Under the pieces are notes generated by a model. That model did no database searches, had not been told where the DNA came from, and worked only from the letters and a program-made list of their open reading frames with translations. Shown here piece by piece: positions 57,197-64,000 of a DNA stretch of 64,000 nucleotides. A program made the position numbers and the translations under genes. This DNA comes from Candidatus Bathyarchaeia archaeon (GTDB lineage Archaea; Thermoproteota; Bathyarchaeia; Bathyarchaeales; Bathycorpusculaceae), in contig JBEKSS010000003.1 in the NCBI GenBank assembly GCA_049516875.1, positions 1 through 64,000 on the forward strand. The letters run 5' to 3'. Each line of letters starts with the position of its first letter. Within the stretch, counting starts at the first letter, position 1.

Positions 57197-58567
57197 CTAC
57201 CTTGACTCGATGTTAACGGTAATTGACGTTTCCACGAAGTGCTCCCTCAGCTTTTCCTCAATCTGCGACGCCAACCTGTGCGCTTCTTCGAGCGAGATAT
57301 GCTTGGTGAAACTGCAGTCAATGTTTATGTAACGTTTCTTTCTTGCGACGTAGGTCACTATTCCCTTGACATGAAAGTCTTGTCGATAGCTTTCGGCTAT
57401 ACTGTGAATTATGCTCCTGATTTCCTCCTCGTTGACCGAATAGCCCTTTCGGGTCTTCGAACTGAAAGGTTCCATGTGAACAGCCACATCTTCAACTTCC
57501 GGTATTCTTTCTTCAATTCTGGTCTCGATATTCTGAGCTATCTTATGGGCGGCTTCAACTGAGATTTTTGGATCCACGTTGGCGTGCAAAGTTATGTACA
57601 GCTTACCATCCGCGTGTGCAGTGCTGATTTCATGCACTTCTCTTACACCTTGAACATCTGTCGCAAGTTTCTCCACGAGTTTTTCGGTCGGCATTTCCGG
57701 CTTGCACGGCTCGGTGTGGATAACAACGTCGCAGTTACCCAACGTGTTCCTGATGTTCGTTTCTATTTTAGAGGCCAGTTCATGAGACTCTTCAAGGTTC
57801 AGATAGTCTGGCACTTGAACGGTTGCTCTTACAAAGGCTTTTTCTCCTGCCTTTCTGATTTTCAAGGCTTCAAGCTTGCACACTCCTGCTGTTCCCACTA
57901 TTTCATGCCTTACCTTGTTTGCCACGTCTTTTGATATCGTGTCCGTCAGCTCCATTCCACTACTCCAAACAAGCCTCACACTAAGGTAGGTTAGCATCAC
58001 CCCAAGGACCATTGAAGAAACGGAATCTCCATAGTAGAACCCTAGAGTTGCCAATCCAAATCCCAAAAGTGCTATTACAGTTGAACTCAGGTCTGCAATG
58101 GCATGATAGAAACCTGCTCTCATCGTAATGCTTTCACTGCGGCGAGCTTTCAAAAGTGTTCCAACTCTGAAAAAGTCTATGCAGAACGTATAGCCAATAG
58201 CTATGAAGCCCGCATATTCTAATCCCAAGTTGATGCTTTGTCCACGCAGTATCTTCAACACGGCCTCGTATATTATCAGCAATGCTACAACTACAAGGGC
58301 AAGTCCCCCTACGAAGCCGCCTATGGACTCGAATTTTTCATGCCCATACATGTGCTCTTCATCCGGGGGTTTTTCAGACGCACGCATCGCCAAAAATAGG
58401 ACGAGAGTAGTTGAAGCGTCAAGTAATGCGTGCAAACCATCGCTTACAATTGCAAGGCTGTTTACTGCCAGGCCTATGGTTATTTCCACGAAAACTACGC
58501 TTGCTATCGCAACTGCCGAGCGTTTAAGCGTCCTTAGCTTGTAGCGACTTTCCAATGTTTCCAGCAC
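57197..58567 (-). CDS. Cation diffusion facilitator with repeated C-terminal ZT-dimer domains
   Basis: SDGLH..LD, PPDEEH.YGH.K.E, HAIAD; three (E)xxH..A..IE...V..EP-type repeats. Confidence 0.9.
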   Translation of the reverse strand: MLETLESRYKLRTLKRSAVAIASVVFVEITIGLAVNSLAIVSDGLHALLDASTTLVLFLAMRASEKPPDEEHMYGHEKFESIGGFVGGLALVVVALLIIYEAVLKILRGQSINLGLEYAGFIAIGYTFCIDFFRVGTLLKARRSESITMRAGFYHAIADLSSTVIALLGFGLATLGFYYGDSVSSMVLGVMLTYLSVRLVWSSGMELTDTISKDVANKVRHEIVGTAGVCKLEALKIRKAGEKAFVRATVQVPDYLNLEESHELASKIETNIRNTLGNCDVVIHTEPCKPEMPTEKLVEKLATDVQGVREVHEISTAHADGKLYITLHANVDPKISVEAAHKIAQNIETRIEERIPEVEDVAVHMEPFSSKTRKGYSVNEEEIRSIIHSIAESYRQDFHVKGIVTYVARKKRYINIDCSFTKHISLEEAHRLASQIEEKLREHFVETSITVNIESR

Positions 58568-58670
58568 TACTCGCCCTTTAATTCCAGATCTGGAGATTTA
58601 AGAATTATGGGTTTTCCACAGTTCCTGCGGCTTAGAACTTATATGCGTGGTTTTCCATGGCATCTGAACA

Positions 58671-59915
58671 ATGGAAACAATTTCACGGCTCGGCAGCCGT
58701 TACGCCTTCATCAGAGGAAATTTCCTAATCCTAATAATCACATGGATTCTCATGAACTTCACTGGACCAATCCCTCAAACTTACTCAAGCTTGTTTTTCA
58801 AAGGTTTAGGTGCGAACGACTTTCTTCTAGGCGTCATCGGTTTTGCTGGATCAATCGCACTGGCCCTTGTCCAGTTCCCAGGAGGCTACTTGGCTGATAA
58901 ACACGGACGACGCTTGCTCATCGTGACAATGACCTATGGTGTCGCTCTTTCCACTATTTTCTTTATACTTGCACCATCATGGCAATTCATAGTTTTCGGC
59001 CTAATAATACAGAATCTCTGTCTGCTCTACCAACCAGCACTGTTCGCAATCATGCTTGACTCCGTAACACCTGAAAATCGAGGAAGCGGATTCGCTTTCC
59101 AAGCTGTCATAAGCAACCTCGTGTCTTTACCTGCAGCAATTATAGCAGGCTATTTGATTTTAGTTTTCAACCTAGATTTCGGCATGCGAATAGCATACAC
59201 TATAGTTTTGATAGGCTACTTCATTGCTGCAACGTTAAGAATCAGGCTTAAAGAGACTTTGTCATCCGACAAAGTCCAAAGCCTTCCCAGTTTCTTAGTT
59301 GCCCTAAGAGAATATCCGAGATCCGTGAAAGAAAGCCTAGAAGTCTGGAGCAAAGTTCCGAAGACTGTCCTCTACCTTTTCCTAACGACGGCGGGCTTAA
59401 ACAGTCTGATTGCAGGCTGCCAAACATATTTTGTCGTGTATGCTACAGACGTTCTTCATGTAGAAAAGTTCGGTTGGGCGATTGTCATGGCCTTCATGTC
59501 ACTGAGTGTTTCAATCCCAGCAATACTTGCAGGCTTCAGGATGGATGCCGTGGGGCGCAGACGCTACCTAATCATAGGTTCTGTACTTTACACTCCAGCC
59601 ATGTTGATATTCATAAACGCAAACTTTTTCACACTGCTCATTGCCTTTTTCTTTTTCGGCCTCGCCCAGATGCTGCAGGGAACGAGCTACAACTCTCTTC
59701 TCGGAGACCTAACACCTCGGGAACTCAGAGGTAAGGTCATCGGATGTAGCCAATTCTTCATGTACTTAAGTCAAGCGTTCATGCAACTCTTAGCAGCTGC
59801 ACTTTATGTCTACATTTCACCACAAGTGCCTTTCATATTGCTGGGCATTGGCGCAATTCCACTATCAATTGTTGCATTTCTGAAAATCTTTGAAAACAGC
59901 GCCAAAGAAGTTTGA
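58671..59915 (+). CDS. MFS transporter
   Basis: GG.LADKHGRR motif A, about 12 TM segments. Confidence 0.9.
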   Translation: METISRLGSRYAFIRGNFLILIITWILMNFTGPIPQTYSSLFFKGLGANDFLLGVIGFAGSIALALVQFPGGYLADKHGRRLLIVTMTYGVALSTIFFILAPSWQFIVFGLIIQNLCLLYQPALFAIMLDSVTPENRGSGFAFQAVISNLVSLPAAIIAGYLILVFNLDFGMRIAYTIVLIGYFIAATLRIRLKETLSSDKVQSLPSFLVALREYPRSVKESLEVWSKVPKTVLYLFLTTAGLNSLIAGCQTYFVVYATDVLHVEKFGWAIVMAFMSLSVSIPAILAGFRMDAVGRRRYLIIGSVLYTPAMLIFINANFFTLLIAFFFFGLAQMLQGTSYNSLLGDLTPRELRGKVIGCSQFFMYLSQAFMQLLAAALYVYISPQVPFILLGIGAIPLSIVAFLKIFENSAKEV

Positions 59916-59971
59916 AACCCAAGATAGATATTTAGGTCTGCAGACAGTATTGAAAGAAAAGGTTGACCCAT

Positions 59972-61255
59972 ATGGACTTTGTTCCGATTCAACAGGTTCT
60001 AGGCGGGGGATTTGAAGACCAGAAAATTGCCGTCAGAGGGTGGATCTACCGCAAGAGAGAGGGAAAACAGACAATATTCTTACTGATACGTGACTCAACT
60101 GGAATCATCCAATGTCCAGTTAAGAAAGAAAGCCCAGCTTGGGATGAAGCCGGAAAAGTCACGATTGAATCTTCACTGGCACTTGAAGGGACGGTTAAGA
60201 AAGATGTGCGTGCTCCAGGCGGATATGAAGTCGTCACAGAAAAAGTATCGATAATAGGCCTCGCCGACCTCTTCCCGATAACAAAAGACAAAAGTGAAGA
60301 ATTTTTGCGTGATGTTCGCCACTTGTGGCTTCGAAGCCGCAAAATGAACCTAGTGATGAAAGTGCGAAGCGAGGTGCAAAGGTTCACGCATGAATTCTTC
60401 AGGAACCAGAAATTCACCGAAGTTTCTCCACCAATGTTCGTAACGAGCGCTGTCGAGGGGGGCTCAACGCTCTTTGGCCTGAAGTATTTTGACCAAAGCA
60501 TGTACCTAACCCAAAGCGCCCAGCTATACCTTGAGATTCTAATCTACTCGTTGGAAAAAGTCTATTGCATCGCTCCGTCTTTCAGAGCCGAAAAAAGCCG
60601 AACCATCAGACATCTGACCGAATACTGGCATATCGAAGCCGAACAAGCATTCGCAGACATGAATGACTTAACACGTCTGGAAGAGGAGCTCTTGGCTTAC
60701 ATATGCCGGCGAACTATTGAGACCTGCAAACCGGAGTTTGAAGAATTGGGTGCAGACCTTTCAAAACTCGCTTCAGTAAGGACGCCCTTCTCCAAAATAA
60801 CCTATGCAGATGCAATCGAAAAGCTGCACACAAAGAACTTTAAGACAAAATGGGGTGACGATCTTGGATACGAAGAAGAGAAGGCCCTGGCAGATGACTT
60901 CGGCAAACCGTTTTTCATATATGACTATCCTAAACAGATCAAAGCCTTCTACTGCAAAGCCTACAGGAACAAGCCGGAGCTAGCCATGTCAACTGACATG
61001 CTTGTTCCAAGAATAGGGGAAATATCCACTGGCGGCGCAAGAGAAGACGACAAGGAAATACTCGTTGCAAGACTTAAAGAACTCGGACAGAAGGAAGAAG
61101 ATTATGACTGGTACATTGATCTCCGACGCTACGGAACTGTTCCACACGTCGGCTTCGGAATGGGCTTGGAAAGATTGCTCACATGGATGCTTGACTTGGA
61201 GAACATAATAGACGCCATACCGTTCCCAAGGACAATCAGAAGATTCTACCCGTAA
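59972..61255 (+). CDS. asnS: Asparagine-tRNA ligase
   Basis: OB fold, TQSAQLYLE, FRAEKS.T.RHLTEYW, LRRYG.VPH.GFG.G.ER. Confidence 0.88.
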   Translation: MDFVPIQQVLGGGFEDQKIAVRGWIYRKREGKQTIFLLIRDSTGIIQCPVKKESPAWDEAGKVTIESSLALEGTVKKDVRAPGGYEVVTEKVSIIGLADLFPITKDKSEEFLRDVRHLWLRSRKMNLVMKVRSEVQRFTHEFFRNQKFTEVSPPMFVTSAVEGGSTLFGLKYFDQSMYLTQSAQLYLEILIYSLEKVYCIAPSFRAEKSRTIRHLTEYWHIEAEQAFADMNDLTRLEEELLAYICRRTIETCKPEFEELGADLSKLASVRTPFSKITYADAIEKLHTKNFKTKWGDDLGYEEEKALADDFGKPFFIYDYPKQIKAFYCKAYRNKPELAMSTDMLVPRIGEISTGGAREDDKEILVARLKELGQKEEDYDWYIDLRRYGTVPHVGFGMGLERLLTWMLDLENIIDAIPFPRTIRRFYP

Positions 61256-61351
61256 GAAGGCACATCAGGCGCAGTTGACAAATTGACTTCCGCCTAAACT
61301 CGCTATTGCACTGAGATACTGCTACAAATGGAAAGGGAGATGAGGTCAATG

Positions 61352-63292
61352 TTACTTCTTTTCGAGCTGTCTCCTCAGTTCTTCGTATGTTGCCTTGATC
61401 TCGTCTACTGAAGCTTCGTCTTCCAAAGTTGAGACGTCGCCTAAGGGTGCGCCGGCTAGCACCGCCTTCAAGAGCCTTCTCATGATTTTTCCACTGCGTG
61501 TCTTAGGAAGCCTGTTGACGATTACGATTGCATCCGGTGTTGCGATGGGGCCTATTGTGTTTCTTATGTGTTTCACAAGGTCAGCGCGCAGTTCGTCTGA
61601 CGGTGAGAAGCCGCTTCGTAAAGTGACAAAAGCCACGGGGACTTCGCCCTTGAGCGCGTCTTCTTTACCCATAACTGCAGCCTCTGAAACAGCTGGGTGT
61701 GACACAAGTGCACTCTCAAGCTCCACAGTGCCTATTCTGTGTCCGGCCACCTTCAATACTTCATCAGCTCTTCCGAGCAACCAGAAGTAACCATCCGGAT
61801 CCTTCACTGCATAATCGCCAGTGTAGTAGATGTTGGGCCATCTTCCGAAGTATGTTTGCCGGTACCTATCAGGGTCTTTCCATATCGTCTCCAGCATCCC
61901 GGGCCACGGCGTCCTAATCACTAGGAAGCCCTTTACACCTGTGGGTGTCGGCTGTCCTTTTTCATCATAGACTTCTGCGAGAATGCTTGGCAATGGATTT
62001 GTTGCTGATCCTGGCTTCAACGGCACAAGCTCTATGCCTGGTAGGGGAGCTATCATGAACCCGCCTGTTTCAGTCTGCCACCAAGTGTCTATGACCGGCA
62101 GTTTCTCTTTGCCTACAACGCGATAGTACCATCTCCAAGCCTCAGGATTTATTGGTTCACCGACTGTTCCCAAGAGTCTGAGCGTGCTCAGATCATGCCT
62201 GGTTACCCATTGTTCGCCGAACTTCATGAACATCCTGATCGCCGTCGGCGTAGTGTACAGTATCGTTACCCCGTGTCTTTCAATCATGTTCCACCAGCGA
62301 TCTTGGGCTGGATAGTCTGGCGTCCCTTCAAAAATAAATGAAGTTATTCCGAGAGCCAGCGGAGCGTAAACGTTGTAGGTGTGACCCGTGATCCAGCCTA
62401 TGTCCGCTGTGCACCACCAGATGTCCTTTTCATCTGGGTTGAAACCCCACTTGAGTGTCCAGTACGCCCACACTAGGTAGCCGCCCGTTCCATGCTGAAC
62501 CCCTTTGGGTTTACCTGTAGTTCCAGAAGTGTACAGTATGAACAGAGGTTCAGTAGATTCCATCGGCTCGGGTGCAACATAGGCGTTTGGTTCCACTTTG
62601 TCCATCGCTTCATTGTACCAGACATCGCGTCCTTCTTTCATCGGAACTTCCTGTCCAGTTCTTTTGATTACTATCATTTTCTCAACGTTCGGCGTGCTCT
62701 GCAGTGCTCGGTCAGCGGTGTCTTTTAGTGTCACCGTTTTTCCACGTCGGAAGGCGCCGTCTGCGGTTACAAGCATCTTTGCTCCTGAGTCGTTGATCCT
62801 ATCTGCGAGAGCCTCTGCGCTGAAGCCCGAAAAGACTACTGTGTGAACCGCACCTAATCGTGCACATGCAAGCAGCGTGATTGGAAGCTCCGGAATCATC
62901 GGCAGATAGACAGCCACTCTGTCGCCCTTCTTAAGTCCTAGATCTTTCATGATTTTTGCGAGTTTGTTTACCTCGCGGTAAAGTTGATAGAACGTACAGG
63001 TTCTCACTTCTCCGTCCTCCCCTTCCCAAATATAGGCTAGCATATTCTTTCTGGACGTTTTCAGGTGCCTGTCAAGTGCGTTGTAGCATATGTTCAGAAT
63101 GCCGCCAGGAAACCATTTGTAGAAGGGTCGGTTGGAATCGTCCAGAACTTTGTCCCATGTTCTGAACCAATCGATGGCTTCTGCTTTTTCAGCCCAAAAT
63201 TCTTGTGGGTTCTTTATTGATTTCTCCCATTCTTCTTTCAACCTATTTGTGGGGTATACTCTGTCATTGAATGGCAAACTAGCTTCTGACAT
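61352..63292 (-). CDS. acs: Acetyl-CoA synthetase (AMP-forming)
   Basis: YTSGTTGKPKG, DTWWQTETG, LPKTRSGKIMRR. Confidence 0.96.
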   Translation of the reverse strand: MSEASLPFNDRVYPTNRLKEEWEKSIKNPQEFWAEKAEAIDWFRTWDKVLDDSNRPFYKWFPGGILNICYNALDRHLKTSRKNMLAYIWEGEDGEVRTCTFYQLYREVNKLAKIMKDLGLKKGDRVAVYLPMIPELPITLLACARLGAVHTVVFSGFSAEALADRINDSGAKMLVTADGAFRRGKTVTLKDTADRALQSTPNVEKMIVIKRTGQEVPMKEGRDVWYNEAMDKVEPNAYVAPEPMESTEPLFILYTSGTTGKPKGVQHGTGGYLVWAYWTLKWGFNPDEKDIWWCTADIGWITGHTYNVYAPLALGITSFIFEGTPDYPAQDRWWNMIERHGVTILYTTPTAIRMFMKFGEQWVTRHDLSTLRLLGTVGEPINPEAWRWYYRVVGKEKLPVIDTWWQTETGGFMIAPLPGIELVPLKPGSATNPLPSILAEVYDEKGQPTPTGVKGFLVIRTPWPGMLETIWKDPDRYRQTYFGRWPNIYYTGDYAVKDPDGYFWLLGRADEVLKVAGHRIGTVELESALVSHPAVSEAAVMGKEDALKGEVPVAFVTLRSGFSPSDELRADLVKHIRNTIGPIATPDAIVIVNRLPKTRSGKIMRRLLKAVLAGAPLGDVSTLEDEASVDEIKATYEELRRQLEKK

Positions 63293-63376
63293 CTTCTAGC
63301 CTTCCGTGAGTTTGTGGAGAAACGTTCTTTCAGAAATATAAACGTTTTTGGTTGAAAATAAAAAGGGCGAAGGCTT

Positions 63377-63952
63377 CTATTTGCTCATAGGGCCTATGGG
63401 CAGGAAAGCTTTTCCATGAGCCTCGTTCAACACTTCAGCCAAGCCTAAGTAGACCGCGCTAAGTCCGCATATGACCCCTTCGCCACCAGCTATTTTGAGC
63501 AGCGTTGCATTTCCAGACAATTCCGAGGCAGTGAGAAGGAAGAACAGAATTGCCAAGCTCATAAAAACGAATTGTATAACCCTGTTTGCCTTTAATGTTC
63601 CAAAAAACATTACGAAGGTGAATAAGCCCCACATGAAGAAGTAGGCAGCCATGGCATTTGAATCAATGAATGAGTTCGAAACCCCTGAAACTAGCCTGGG
63701 CAGCAATATCAAGCCGACGAGGGACCACCAGAAGAAACCATAAGAGGAAAATGCAACGGTGCCGAAGGTGTTGCCCTTCTTAAACTCCATCGCGCCTGCT
63801 ATGATTTGAGCTAATCCACCATATGCCAAACCCATTGCCAAGATCATGCTAGTAGAAGAGTATAGCCCAGCGTTGCTGAGATTCAACAGAACGGTTGTCA
63901 GTCCGAAGGCTAACAGTCCCAGTGGTGCAGGATTTGCCAGTTTTTCGCTCAT
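63377..63952 (-). CDS. satP: Acetate uptake transporter (SatP/GPR1/Fun34)
   Basis: [22 protein letters not shown]; co-oriented upstream of acs. Confidence 0.92.
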   Translation of the reverse strand: MSEKLANPAPLGLLAFGLTTVLLNLSNAGLYSSTSMILAMGLAYGGLAQIIAGAMEFKKGNTFGTVAFSSYGFFWWSLVGLILLPRLVSGVSNSFIDSNAMAAYFFMWGLFTFVMFFGTLKANRVIQFVFMSLAILFFLLTASELSGNATLLKIAGGEGVICGLSAVYLGLAEVLNEAHGKAFLPIGPMSK

Positions 63953-64000
63953 TCCTTTTCAGCCCTTCAATTTCTATTGTTAGAAGCTTTTTTCACATTG

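Noticed and set aside
6800-63200. Numerous 60-200 aa antisense or alternate-frame ORFs over catalase, tldD/E, tupABC, ribosomal genes, glyS and acs
   Set aside because: These are shadow ORFs of well-supported genes, with no recognisable motifs.

Overview
Archaeal chromosome segment, most consistent with Bathyarchaeia (inferred from the ribosomal and translation gene set, dockerin/cohesin proteins and integrase style). Positions ~1-29,200 are an accessory region built outward from two divergent, intron-containing tRNA genes: tRNA-Arg(CCT) on the minus strand and tRNA-Leu(TAA) on the plus strand. Each tRNA has a degenerate second copy of its 3' end farther out and broken tyrosine-integrase pieces nearby, which indicates repeated tRNA-targeted integration. 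Within this region, intact stress and detox genes, truncated genes and foreign-looking DNA pieces are repeatedly joined at a short (TA)GCGCGC(GC) motif, which is nearly absent from the core half of the window. This looks like a non-integron, motif-directed DNA accretion system. Between the tRNAs, a free-standing HTH + PD-(D/E)XK nuclease gene is bracketed by two copies of the tRNA-Arg 5' end. Its stop codon lies on the splice site of an unusual position-9/10 tRNA intron. Positions ~29,200-64,000 are mostly housekeeping genes: rpp21-rps19e-rpl39e-rpl31e-eIF6-pfdA-ftsY, argF, dtdA, secE-spt5-rpl11-1-10-12, a mevalonate-pathway decarboxylase, glyS, endA, lipid synthesis, asnS and acs/satP. This half also holds a cohesin-GxGD protease fusion. 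All calls are from motif recognition by eye; no database searches were run.
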